Source of the DNA: Azolla caroliniana
Lineage: Eukaryota > Plantae > Polypodiophyta
Length of the DNA: 64,000 nt
NCBI GenBank assembly: GCA_043228905.1
Contig: JBHGNT010000012.1
Location: forward strand, 18,042,001-18,106,000
Reading direction: 5' to 3'
This document shows, in pieces, positions 49,572 to 62,673 of this stretch (positions are counted from its first letter, which is position 1; every line of letters begins with the position of its first letter). The notes beneath the pieces are model-generated. The model made no database searches, was not told the DNA's origin, and saw only the letters and a program-made list of their open reading frames with translations. Made by a program: the position numbers and the translations under genes.

Positions 49572-51639
49572 GAAGGGCGTCGACTTCGACGAGATATTTG
49601 CCCCGGTAGTGAAGATGACCTCCATCCGGACGGTGCTGAGCATAGCGGCAAGCATGGACCTCGAGATAGAACAGATGGACGTGAAGACGGCATTCCTTCA
49701 CGGTGACCTCGAAGAAGAGATCTACATGCAGCAACCGGAAGGATTCGAGAAGAAAGGGAAGGAGCACCTGGTATGCCGGTTGAAGAAGAGCCTTTACGGT
49801 CTGAAGCAGGCTCCCCGGCAATGGTACCGGAAGTTCGACTCCTTCATGACAGACGAAGGGTACCACAAAACGTAGTCCGATCACTGCGTGTTTGTGAAGA
49901 AGTTTGAAGGAGGAGACTTTCTAATACTCCTCCTGTACGTGGACGACATGTTGATCGTCGGACGGGACCAGGTCAAGATACGGATGCTGAAGAAAGCTCT
50001 TTACCGAACCTTCTCTATGAAGGACCTGGGTCCGGCAAGGCAAATACTGGGGATGCACATCATCCGGGACCGGAAGAAGAAGCAGTTGTGGCTGTCACAG
50101 GAGAAGTACGTGACAAAGGTGCTTCACCGGTTCAACATGTCGGAAGCAAGACCGGTCGGGTCAACCCTCCCGGCAAACTGCAAGTTGTCCAGCAAGCAAA
50201 GCCCCAAGACAAAGGCTGAGAAGGAGGACATGATGAAAGTGCCATATGCCTCTGCCGTCGGAAGCTTGATGTACGCAATGGTGTGTACAAGACCGGACAT
50301 TGGATACGCAGTCGGAGTGGTGAGCCGGTACATGAGCAATCCCGGTAAAGAGCATTGGAACGCGGCCAAGTGGATACTCCGATACCTGAAGGGCACGGCA
50401 AACGTGTGCCTCCGATTCGGCTCCGGTAAGCCCGAACTCGACGGCTTCACCGATTCGGATATGTCAGCTGATGTAGATACCAGCCGGTCCACATCAGGGT
50501 ATGTGATGACGTATGCAGGGGGAGCTGTTTCGTGGCAGTCGAGGCTGCAGAAGACGGTTGCGCTGTCAACCACGGAGGCGGAGTACATGGCAGCTGTTGA
50601 AGCCGGCAAGGAAATAATATGGATGAAGGACTTCATTAGAGAGCTCGGTATCCGGCAGGAGGAGTACCGACTCTATTGCGATAGTCAGAGTGCCATCCAC
50701 CTTGCGAAGAACGCGGCCTACCATTCCCGGACGAAACACATCCAGCGAAGATACCACTGGATCCGGGAGAGGATAGAAGACGAGGAGTTCGTGCTGACGA
50801 AGATCCACACGGACGAGAACGGGTCGGATATGCTGACCAAGGTGCTCACACCCGACAAGCTGGAAGCATGCCGGAAGAGGATCGGGTTGGAGAGACATCC
50901 CATGCCGAAGTGAAGGGGGAGTTTGTTGGGATTTCGGTCCCTCCGGATGGGATGTCCGGAGATGAATGACGGCAAGCCCGGAGGCTGTTACGGAACCGTA
51001 GGATCAGAGTACCCGGCATGAAGCCGAATGAAGAGTACCCGGTTACGGAGCCGGATGCTGTAGACCCCGGCTACGGAGCCGGATGATGAAGACCCCGGCT
51101 ACGGAGCCGGATGACAAAGAGAAGACCCGGCTACGGAGCCGGATGATGAATGTACCCGGAGAGAGATCCGGATGCGGGGACATATTTGTGAATATGTTTG
51201 CCAAGGGCCCTTGTGGCTATATTTGTAAATAGCCCGAAAAGTCATATGTGTATAAATATGACTTAGGGCAAACAGTTTAGTAGTTGTTGCTCATTTTTAT
51301 GTTTTCAGCCGAGAGAGCGGAGTGAGAGCAGCCGAGAGAGAGAGAGAGAGAGAGAGAAACGTAGAGGTCGACGCCTCTGTGTATTACCGCCTCCTGTGGC
51401 GAAGACAGTGAGCTCAAGGTCGTCGCCTTGCTGCTCGCCATTGTATACTTCTCTGTATAGTGCTGGTTTGGAGTCTTGTACTCCCGTGGTTTTTCCCGTC
51501 TAGGGTTTTCCACGTTAATCCCTGTGTACTCGCGTTTTATTTTGTTTCTCCGTGTGGTTCCTATTTTCTGCTCCATTGATCCGCGATTAATCGGTTGTGG
51601 CCGACTGAAGAAGGTGAATAGAAGGTTCGATTCTCAACA
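49572..51639 (+). mobile_element. Same Tork-like family, 3' half (RT-RNase H, PPT, 3' LTR 50924-51639)
   Basis: KGVDFDEIF...LLYVDD...KHIQRRYH; one stop at ~49873; PPT gaagggggag; LTR similar to 48808-49571. Confidence 0.95.
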
Positions 51640-54048
51640 GGACCTGCTTCGTCCGGGGGTTATAACACTTATACCCCTTTTGCTCATGCGAGTAACCGAC
51701 CAGGATGCATTTCCCTTGCCGCGTCGATAAGCGACCGGTTCCTCCTCTCGGCTACACCGTTCTGTTCCGGTGTGTATCTGCAGCTGAACTCCCGCCGAAT
51801 TCCTGTTTGCTGCAGATAACTGTTGAATTGGCCGGAAAAATATTCTTTTCCGCCATCTGACCATAGGCACTTGATCTTCCTCTTCGTTTCTCGTTCAACC
51901 AGACTTTGTAGGTTCCGGAAACACTCGAAGACTTCGCTCTTCTGCTCAATGAGGTAGATCCATGTGTGCCGGTTGTAGTCATCGATGAAGGAGACGAAAT
52001 ATCGACTCCCGCCAAGACTCACGTTCTGTGCCAGTCCCCATAGATCCGAATGAATAAGGTCGAGCTTGTTACGGCTACGGTTTCGTTTGGTGGGGAATGG
52101 AAACCGGTGTTGCTTCCCAAGTTGGCAGGCTTCACATATTTGGGCCTTCCAGCCACTGAACTTCGGCAAACCGAAAACAACTTGTTTCGTTTGCAGGTCT
52201 TGAAGCCTCCGGTAATTGACGTGGTCGATCCGCTTGTGCCAGAGATCAATATCCGATTCAATCTTCTGTCCTTTGGCGAATAAAGCGGTGCCGACGTCAT
52301 TGGTGTCGAGGATGAACATCCTCCCGTCTTTGCACCCTTGCGCAATAATCTGGCCCTCTTCCTCAATAAAGCACCCGAGGTGCGTAAACCGCACCTGCAT
52401 CCCCTGGTCAATTATCTGTCCAACTGACACCAGGTTCTTCGTGATGGTCGGAATGTGTAATACGTTCATCAGCTTCCCCTTCAGTCCGACGTGGCTCAAA
52501 GGAACTTCTCCGATATGCACGATTGGGTGAGGAGTGTTGTTTCCGGTTTCGACAACTCTCGGTTGTTTCGGATTCTCCAGGAAGGAGAACCACTCTTTGT
52601 GGCTCGTCGTGTGATTCGACGCACCGGAATCAACATACCATACTTCCTCCAATTTGGAAGTGGTCTTCTTCATCGAATTTGCCTCGTGCTTCATCACCAA
52701 GGTTGGCCCCTTACCGGTCTTCCCGGTTCCGGATACTTTCGATCCTTGTACGTAGTGAGAGCTTTGCCGGTTCTCCTGGTCGGTTTTGCCGGTTCTCCCG
52801 ACCGGTTTTGCCGGATCCAGATCTGTCCAAATCAACGTGCTTCTTCCAGCACTCGTTTTCTCTATGGCCCTTTTTGCCACAGTACCAGCATTCCGTGGCG
52901 GATTTGTCTTGCCGGCCTCCGGTGCCGCCTTGACTCCCTCTGCTTCTGGAAGTCCCAGAACTGCTGTTAGCATGTTCTCTGTGCCTTCTTTCCTGCTCTT
53001 GCCGGCCGCCTCCAGTGCGTGCCAACCCACCTCGTCCCCCACGCCCACGGGGCCTATCCACCTCCGTGTACAACATCCAGCTGTCCGATTGAGTGGTCCT
53101 GGACCCACTCGCGTGGTTTTCTTTGACCATCACCATCGATTGCAAGTCGAAGAAGGTCGGTGGTTTCTCCCGGGTGCAGATCGCTATCCGGATTTGCCCG
53201 TACCTTTGCGCTAGACCACCAAGGCAGATTTGTACCATTTCGTCTTCATCCACCGTCACGTTGATGGACCCAAGCGCGTCGCAAATCTCATTTATTTTGG
53301 TGGTGTAGTATGTAACCGACATATGTCTTTGTCGGATGTTGTTCAGCTCTTGCCGGAGCTGCAACTTACGGGCTGTGGTACTTGTGGCGAAAATCTTACG
53401 CAAATTTTCCTAGGCCTCCTTTGGCGTCTTTGCATCCCTGATGTAGCCGAGCATCTGGTCGTGCACACAGGATGTGAGGCAGTATAATACTCGGCTCGTT
53501 CCTTGCTCCCATACTGGGAAGTCCTTGTGCTAGGCTTTGGTGCTACCTCATTCGTTCCTTCCACGAAACTCCAATACCCATGCCCCAGTAAGTACTGGTG
53601 CATTTTGTATGACCATGACACGTAGTTGTGCCAGTCGAGCTTCTCTGTAGGAAGTGAACTCACCATGCCTCTATCCATCGGTTTTAACTATTCTTCTTGG
53701 TTGGTTTTCCTTTCAAGCTATGTCGGTTGCAGAGGTTCTCAACCCTCGCGCTCTGATACCATGTGAAAGAATAATGTGCGGAAGCAATGGAAAACCGAAA
53801 ACAGAAACACAGGTTTAATGGAGAGCTTAGAGTATACACAATACGTGGGAGAGACAGAGAGCGAGAGCACACAGAAAACTCAATTCAAAATATTACTCAG
53901 TCTGTACATCGTATGTGTTCAGTGAACACTTTTATACAAGTCCATACGGACTGACAGAAGTACGGTGTACTTCAATGCTCACACGAGTGTTTGACACTAA
54001 CTACGAGATATTAACTCCCTAGTAGACTAGCTGTTACTTGGCTTCCGG
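51640..54048 (-). mobile_element. Second copy of the 39609 copia family, 5' part (LTR from 53762, PBS, gag-PR-INT)
   Basis: gctctgatacca ending at 53761; LTR matches 39609-39900; ORFs homologous to 42744-45620. Confidence 0.93.
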
Positions 54049-54680
54049 AAAGGAACGACAAAAATCGCAACAAGTGAGGAAGAATTGTTGCTCATCACTG
54101 AGGAGAATGAGTTGCACCTAGTGAGCGATGAGATGGCATGGATTGTCGATTCCGGAGCGTCGTTTCATCTGACCCACGACCAGAAATGTTTTTCATCTTA
54201 CAGAGTCGGTGATCATGATTCGGTGTGGATGGGGAATGAAGGATCATCCCGAATTGTCGGCATAGGAGACGTGTGGCTGACGACGTCAACCAGGTGCAAG
54301 CTACTATTGAAAGATGTTCGACATGTTCTAGAGGTTCGACTGAACCTGATATTAGCCGGTCGGCTAGATGATGAAGGCTACATGGGTAGCATCTGGAACG
54401 GAGTCATGAAGTTCAGCAAAGGGAGCCTCCTCGTGAGCCGAGCTCGGAAAATCAACACTCTATACCTAATGCATGCCTGGATATGCCGGGAAGAAGTGAA
54501 TGTAGTATTTGACACTACCGGTGAGCTGTGGCACAAGAGGTATGTCATATGAGTCAAAAAGGGACGCATAGACTTTCTGGGAACAACTTCATTCTGGAGG
54601 TGAAAGATGTGCAGCTTGAGAGATGCATTGACAGCTTGGCCGACAAGCAAAACCGAACCTCTTTCCAAACAAGACTACTA
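54047..54680 (+). mobile_element. Tork-like copia PR/GAG-pre-INT fragment
   Basis: WIVDSGASFHLT..LLKDVRHV..GELWHKR. Confidence 0.9.
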
Positions 54681-57600
54681 CTGGTTATGGTTACACGGTG
54701 CCTAACCATCAAGGGAATTATGGTTCAAAGAAGGGCAAGTGTGTCATGGATGTCTTACATATGACTATGTGCAGAGTGCGTAGTGTGGGCGTAACTGTGG
54801 AGACTATGGAGGATAGGAAGATGGCTACAACCTACTCCCTATGATGTTATCTACGAAGCGTATACCTTGATACAGAAATGACGGAACACAGCTAATTACG
54901 CATAGAACATAGGAAGTCGGGCAAAACAGAAACTATATTCCAGAGCTTGTATACAAGAATTTCTACTCTCCCTATTACAGGTTTTCCATGCCCTTTATAG
55001 ACAGGGTCATGGTCGGTTACACTTGGCGCATGAACCGTTACATGCGTACATAACGCTTCATCATATTCTATGGTGGCCAATATTCCCTCATACTTACACT
55101 ATGACCCCACTTCGCATGCCTTTGTCTTTTCTTTTCGAGTTTCCTACTTGGCCGTCGAAGGCGGCCATCACATGGCACACCTTTGGGACAATGCTTGCAT
55201 GGTCGTACATAGAAGAACTTCATTCCTCAAATAAAATGTCCAGGATGTTTGGCTTTGAACAGTCGATCTCAGCGAGAACTATGGGGGATGGCATGGGTTG
55301 CGTCATTGGCGCGGAATCGAGGGGTTCAGTAGGTTCTGTTGTCTCAGGTGAGGGGGGGGGGTGGTTTGTTCAGTCGGTTCTGGTACGGGGAGGTCAGTGG
55401 ATTCTGTCGGCTCCAATGCCGCTTCTTGCGGTTGTTCTCGCTTCGGGCCTTCTTCTACTTGTATGATGGGTGTCGATAGGTTCGCTTGCAGGTCCTCGGT
55501 CCCGTGCGTATGCTATTGTGTCGGCTCCTCATGCGACGAGTCTCACATAGGCCCTTCTACCGTAACCTCTGTGGCATCGAGAGGATCCAGTTTAGCGTCG
55601 TGCTGACCTCCGGGATTTCTTCTTCCAGTTGCTAAGGTCTGTCGATGGTGTACTCTCTAGAGTCACTATCGGGAAGGATGATGACAATCGCTCGTTTTTC
55701 TGTTTCTTCCCGCCTCTCCTTGTTTTCGATTGCCTGGAGCTGGAGGGAGGTGTTGAGCTGCCTGTCTCCGAACTCCTCGAGTAATTGCGCGATCTCCTCG
55801 GAGTGTCGGTTGGTAAGGGCGTGCTAGTCTTGCATAAGGTCCTCGCGGACCGTGGCAATGCTTTCCTCATTTAGCTTGTAGAAGCCCTTACCATCTTTCT
55901 GCCTATTGGCCCGATACTTGTGGAGCTCGGCGGCTTGCTTTGCCCATTCGGCCCATCCTCTGTTCAACATTGCTTGAAGTTGTTCCGAGAACCTATTGCG
56001 CTTTGTTTCTAGGAGGCTTTTTATGCATTCGGTCTTCATTTCCGTGCGCATTCCCATCTCTTCGAGAGCTGACTTGAGGTTCGAAATTTTGTTTGCGTTG
56101 GTGGCCACATTTTCTTCGTAGCATGCCTTTACCTCTTGCCATAATTTTGATTCTTTATTGTGCAATGCTTCGAGTCGACCCATTTCAGTATTCAAGCGTA
56201 CTTCGACCCTCGCGTGTTTTGTTGCTCGTTCTTGATTTGTTCCTCGTACCATTGATGTCTATTTTGCGCGGCCTCCTGTAGTGTTGCAATGATCCCTTCC
56301 AATTGTGCGACCTCTTCCTGTTGCTTCTGGAGCTCGGCGGTCGTCTCTGTGTGAGTCGTGATCTCGGCATCCATGTTACGACCTAATGGGTTGTCTCAAT
56401 CTCGAGGATTAAAAGTAATCCTCCCCTTCTTTACACTCTCGTTTAACCCTCACACTTATCCACGTGTATAGAATACTACGGTAAATTCTCACCACGGGAT
56501 ATTATATGGTCATGCCCGTAACAATCCAAGTTTTCTTGGATTCTCTTTACGGCTTTTCGACCCTTTGCCTCTCGATCCGACGATTGTCGGAGTTCGGACT
56601 GAAGTCGCTCTATCTCCATCTCGGCGATTTCCATTGCTCTTTTTGCTTTAGACGCTATCGCCATTTGAGCTTCGACTTCCTCATGGAGCTTTTGTAGCTT
56701 GGGTGCGAGGGAGTCGGTGGTAGTGGTTGATTCGAGACGTTCTTGCAAGTAGCGTTCGAGTTCCACAATCTTCTTTTGAGCCGCGTCTAACTACTGCGTT
56801 GTGAGTTTTTCGGCTTTCCGTGCTACCTTGTTTTTGTAAGCCATGTCCTTTGCGCCGATGCGGATCGTGGCGAACTCCCTACGTACCTCGACTAAGGTGG
56901 TGTTCAATAGGGGAAGCTCGATTCCCACGCGGCGTTCAATCATGTTCCTCATTCGGCCAATTTTGGCCAAGGGCCGCCGTTCATCCTCGCTTTCGGCCAT
57001 TCTGGCTAGAGTGCGTTTGATCATCTGCGGCTCCGCATGTTCCTCCACCATACACTGTCGTGAAGTATGAAAGCTTCACATCAAAAGTCTACAATAAGAT
57101 AAATACATAACTAAAATAAAAAGAATCTTGATAGTGTTTTATATAATATTATACATTATATAGGTGGATAAAGTAAAACTTCCATATTATGAGGACAAGA
57201 GAGGACTTGAACTAACAACCTCCACCTTATGAGCCTCACATGTTACCAATTAGCAAACATTCATGATATATAAACTATATACAACGGCTATAGAAAGAAA
57301 AAGAATTGTATTACATGCGCTAGAGAGGACTCAAACCCACAACCTCAACTTTAAAATCCTCAATCACTACCACTTAGCCAATACTCACAACATGTCAAAA
57401 ACCTACGTCTTGTATTATTTGAACTTGCATTAAATAGTGTAAACATTGTAATGTATTACATGTGCACCATATAGCACACATGCAAGAGCCTATCTACATG
57501 TGCGCCACATGGACCACATGCAAGACTCTCCCTTTGCTATAAAAAGAGAAGGGGATGTAGTCACAAAAATACCAAGAAATAAGATTGAATCGAATTATAT

Positions 57601-60600
57601 TGGATCAAGAAAGAATTATAATAGATCATAATAGACAAAGAGGGAGAGAGAGGTATCTTCAAAAGACTAGAGGAGAACTAGCTTGGCGGTTGTGGTCCTC
57701 AACTCGCAACGGAAGGGCGGTGGTTCGAGTCTTATCCTCATCGAAAGACTCCTTGAAGGGAAGATTATGGTCTACTATCATGGAAGGGAAGAGCGGTTAC
57801 TTTGTGAGACGAAAATCGAAGGTTCAACGACGCTCGCAGCCATTTTGTAACTCTTTCATGATAATATTATAAATTTCCTACATTTTCTAAAATATCACTT
57901 TATATCTTATCTTGTCATATCTCATATTTCTTAAAAATCCTACCTTGCCATATCGTGTCAATCTCTATTCACTTCATCTCTACTCTTTCATCTCTTCTGT
58001 CCATAATCCCAGTGATTCCTTCCTCACTTTCACGTTATCTTTTGTATGCGCAACGTTACGCTTCTGGATGAGCCAGCCATGACAATGCTGGGAAACCTTG
58101 ATTTGTTGGGTGGCCAAGCATCCATTAGCTCAAAGGAGGTGCCATTGTGTAACAGAGTCGTGAATTCATGGGCTACATCTGGAATGTCCGGGTAAGCTAG
58201 GATGACGTTATCAGATGTGAGAGAGCCTTTTCTGCGCTCCGTATTTTTGGTCAGGATCAGTTGGTCGTGCGGAAGTGCTTCGAAACTCTGCATGAACTCC
58301 GCTTCGACTGTTATTGGGGGGGGTTGGTTGTGGGCCGTGGCTTTGACCAATCCCCGACCGTCCTTTCGATCCAGCCGTCGTCACTTGGCCCTAGGGTTGC
58401 CTGCTTCTTGCGTGGTGGTCTCTTGTGATGGAGTGGAAGTGGGTCATCGTGTGTTTTGCGAGGCGACGGGTTCTGGTGCCTAAGTGCTTTCTTCATCCTC
58501 CCATTCGGTTGGGGCGAGGTCCTCAAGCCTGCGCTTCTGCGGATGCGGCATGGGTGTAGAGCAGGCCGAGCCCGAAGCGGGAAGAGCCTATGGTGGAAAC
58601 AATATCATGAAATACTTTTGGATGATTGGGCAGATCTTCTTTCTTGCCTGGAAGGTGTGGAGTCCTACACGTAAGGATTGCCCTAGAATTCACGCCTCAA
58701 TCCACGGATTTCCCTTCGAAGTTTGCGATGATGGTGCTGACCTTCTACTTTGGCATCCCATATACGTTCGGGTGCACACAACCCCCCCCTAATAGGAACT
58801 TCGTGATTTTGCGGAAGAAAGGATCAGACGTGCCCCGTGTCTTATAGGCTTTGGCGGAAATGGAGTACTCACCAAAATAGCATTCGAGAATCTCTAAGGG
58901 AGGGATCTCAAAATGTTGTTCACCAGTCGTTGTTAAGCCTAGCTTCGTCTTGATACTGGCGTTGGTGATCGTATCCACATTTATTTTCGCCACCATGTCA
59001 TGGGAGTTAGGGTGGGGCGGCGCATCCGCCACTCGGATGTAACCTGCTAGGCCATGGTTCTACAACCATTGCCGGAGAGCGGGGGAAATGTCGATCAACA
59101 TAATGCTCTCGTCGTCGAGTGATGCATCGTGTTTGCTTGAATGCTGAGAGGAGTGAGGGGAGAGGTTTGAGGAAAAGGAGCGAGAGTCAGAGAGTCTGTG
59201 AGAGCGAGAAGAGCTTAGGGAGCGAGGGGAGCTTAGAAGGCGCGAGGTTTTTTTGTTAAGCATAGAGAAATGGCTCGAGTCCCCTTTTTAAGAGGTGGAG
59301 AGGGTAGGATTCAATATTCTTCCAACCATGGTGTGCATGTGTGCACTTGTTTTCTTGGGAGACATGTATGCATGCAAGATCCTTAAATAGTTCTGAATGC
59401 CCCTATTTTTTTCCTATTTTTTTCCATCCCATTCCTAATGGTCATGGCTGTCACTATGGTACATTAATGGTACATAATTACAAGTGGGGTCACATTTATT
59501 GTGGTATGTGTACACTCCCCGAAATTGATGTGGTGGAAAGTGGGCCGTTGTTTGCCTCTGGTAATTTTGTTTTGGTTCGGAGAGGATTCGGTGTTGTGAG
59601 TCGGAAGCCATTGACTTTTTGCTGTAAAACTTCTCCGATGAGAGTGCCGAGTTCGAATGTGCCATTTTTGACACGGATTATCCAATATGGCCCCGTCCAC
59701 CGGAATCACAGTTTTCCAGGCATTTGTCCCATTCGTGTTTGGAACACTAGCACGACTTTTCCGATCGTGAATTTTTTTTCGTTACTTCCTCGGTGCCGAT
59801 CCACAAACGCCTTTCGACGATGTTGTTCTTGTTTCAAGATCGCCATGCTTTGAACCCTATCTTCGCCGAGCTCGAGAAGTTGTTGCAGGCGTAATTGTTC
59901 GGACTATTTTTTGGGGAGACGCTCCCAAATTTGTATCCGTAAGCTCGGGACATGGAACTTTGCAATGTCGTGAAGATTTTCGGCAACAATGTGAAAATGG
60001 CATGGAATGTACAAAATCAAGTGTGGTTCTTCACACACAATATGAAACAATAATAGTGAAGATACTATTTTAGATTAGTTTAATATCTTGCTAAGAAAAG
60101 ATGAATGTCTTCAAGAGCTTCCAAATGTACTTTACTACATTTGAAATTGTAAAGAATCGATGGTGATTATTGTGTAGCGGAAGAGATGTGTGTTACGTGT
60201 ATGTGTGAGAGGAAAGAGGAGAGGAGAGAAACACAAGATGGATAAGAGACAAAATGAAGTACTCAAGAAGAAGGAGATGTATATTAACAAGGAGAATATG
60301 ATAAATGAAAATGTAGCATTACAAGGAGTGCACAACATCCAGAGTGCACGAGGTCACCTTGCATGAGAAATACTATGTGCAAAATGGATTCCGCGTTCCA
60401 GAGACTGCTCAAGCTACTTCCTTCATTCGGGTGGGGAGTCTGCTGCACGCGGAGTGACTCCGCGGCCACTCGCCGGATTACTTTGGAAAATGATCGATCC
60501 GCACGGATATCTTCTACCACCTGTTGGAAAGCCTCTCGCTTCCGCAATCGTTCGGCAAGTCTTCTTGCTCGCTCCGTAACCGGGTCGTTTGTTAGTCTAG

Positions 60601-61121
60601 TCATCCATTCCCGCCGTTGTTCGTTGTGTTTGTGAAGGAATCGTGGTCGCCAAAAACTGTGTTATCACTAGGGCCGGACAATGACCTAACACAGGGTGTA
60701 CCTTTGAGACACTTCACCAAAGGGTGTCGCGGTGAGATAAACTTAGACCGAACTATTAATGAAACCCTAATTGGTTACTAATCGGCAAGATCATTAGTCA
60801 CAATACACGCGTAAGATGAATTACACTTAGCACAGAACAATACTTAACAATGATTAAGATATATAACAACAACACTCTATTAATTATCCACTAATGATTA
60901 CAATCTAACCGGGCCCTTTTATAGGTCTCCGGCTCTAGGTACAAACCGGTGCCAACCGGCAACCGACTACGAACCGGTCTGGATCCGAATCGGCATACCG
61001 ATTCCGGGTCCGTCCATTCGCTTCTCCAAATCATAATAATTCTATATTATAGATAATCAGTTCCCGGTTATTAATTATCCCCCTTTTCCCATTCTGGACT
61101 TCCCTTGCCGGCCGGCTAACA
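54680..61121 (-). mobile_element. Non-chromovirus gypsy (Tat/Athila-type): 5' LTR 60658-61121, Arg-type PBS, gag start, INT C-terminus and 3' extra ORFs; RT absent
   Basis: TGTTAG...ACA LTR inserted in copia gag; TGGCGACCACG at 60652-60642; GKL*FRWTGPYWI..GTFELGTL..KVNGFRL integrase tail; downstream degenerate ORFs 59150-55100; left boundary uncertain. Confidence 0.75.
57192..57386 (-). other. Two tandem tRNA-like A/B-box modules (57192-57262, 57316-57386)
   Basis: TTGCTAATTGG..CTCATAA..AGTTCAAGTCC and TGGCTAAGTGG..GGTTTGAGTCC. Confidence 0.6.
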
Positions 61122-62316
61122 GGAATTCGACGTGTGATTCGTGAACATTCCGCTACGGTTGTCATGGTCAGAGTTCGATGCGTAGTTTGTGACGTGTCGA
61201 CTTGTTGAAGCCGACTCACTTCTCTTTTTCCTACACTCCGCCTTGTAGTGGCCGATTTTGCCGCAATAATTGCAAGTTGCAGGCCTCGTTTGCTGACCAT
61301 GTTCGGCGTGGAAGCTCCCCCTTCTTCCGAAGGTTCCTTGATGGCTTCCGTGAAGGTTTGATTTCCCTTCGCATGATGGGTCGAATTGACCTCTTCTACC
61401 ACCGTGACCTCCTCCTCAGCCACCGTCCGAATTCGAGAAGAACATTTGTCCTTCCGACGTCTTGCTTTTGGTTCGGACGTGGTTCTCTTCGACCAATAGC
61501 ATTGATTAGAGGTCGAAGAATGAAGGAGGGTTTTCTCTCGCCAAGATTGCCGTCCGTAATGGATCGAATCGTTGTGCGAGGCCGCCCAAGCATACTTGAA
61601 CCATCTTGTTTTCGTCAACGTTTATCTTGATGGAGCCAAGCGAGTCGTAAATGCTCTTGATCTTGGCGGTGTAGTCCGACACGGACATGTCTTTTTGCCG
61701 AATGTTGTTCAACCCTTGTCGAAGTTGAAGCTTTCGGGTGGTCGTGTTGGCGGCAAACATTTTCTTTAAGTTCGCCCACGCTTCTTTAGGTGCCTTGGCA
61801 TCTCGAATGTGGCTAAGCATGTGGTCGTGGACACATGTTGCCAAGCAATACACGACTTGACTCGCCGCTTGCTCCCATGTTGCGTAGTCGGCGTTCTTTG
61901 AGTCGGGTCGATTTTCTTGAGCGCCGTTGATGTAGCTCCAATACCCTTGACCGACGAGGTATTGGGTCATCTTGTACTCCCAAGATGAATAATTGCTCCG
62001 GTCTAGATTTTCACTAGGGAGTGTACTACCCATTTGTGTGTTCATGTTGATTAGTGTCTTCTCTTCTTTTACTTTTCTTCGTTCGATCACGTGCACGTGC
62101 TACGTAGCGGCACTACAGTAGCCGATAGCCGGATTTTGTCGTCGGCGTCTCGAACACACAATCACGGAGTCGGGTGGGCTTAGTGGATTTTCTAAACCAC
62201 ACACTCTGATACCATGTTAAGAATTAGGTAAGTAATTAAGCAAGGATTAATTAGTACCTAATTATGTGATTAGTTGATAAGCGGAAGATTAAGTGATATG
62301 TGTGTGTAATCGTGTA

Positions 62317-62365
<49 letters not shown>

Positions 62366-62673
62366 CGACACAAGATGGGGGATGAGTAAGTATATTAAAT
62401 TAGCATTATCATCATCAAATACAAAAATACCCACAATGAGGTATATATACATCTCATGTGCAAGGGTGCACATGTGTGAGTGGAATATAGGTGCTAAGGT
62501 GTAGGTCCTATATTAAATGTACTTAGAAGTGGAGGATCTAGAATATCCCACTTAAGTACAAGGTTCTATTGAAGGCGTTATAGTCAACACTTCTAACTAG
62601 ATTCTATCTAGGTAACTACGAAGTTACATGGTTGACTAACTAACTAAACTAAGTTGAGCTTGATCTCTCAACA
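61122..62673 (-). mobile_element. Ty1/copia 5' part (LTR 62215-62673, Met PBS, gag)
   Basis: ctctgatacca before 62215; MGSTLPSENLDRSNYSSWEYKMTQYLVGQGYWSY gag. Confidence 0.92.

Noticed and set aside
55560-57060. Host myosin/SMC-like gene or retroviral env
   Set aside because: No motor/ATPase motif or transmembrane segment seen; collinear with gypsy integrase, so treated as an element extra ORF
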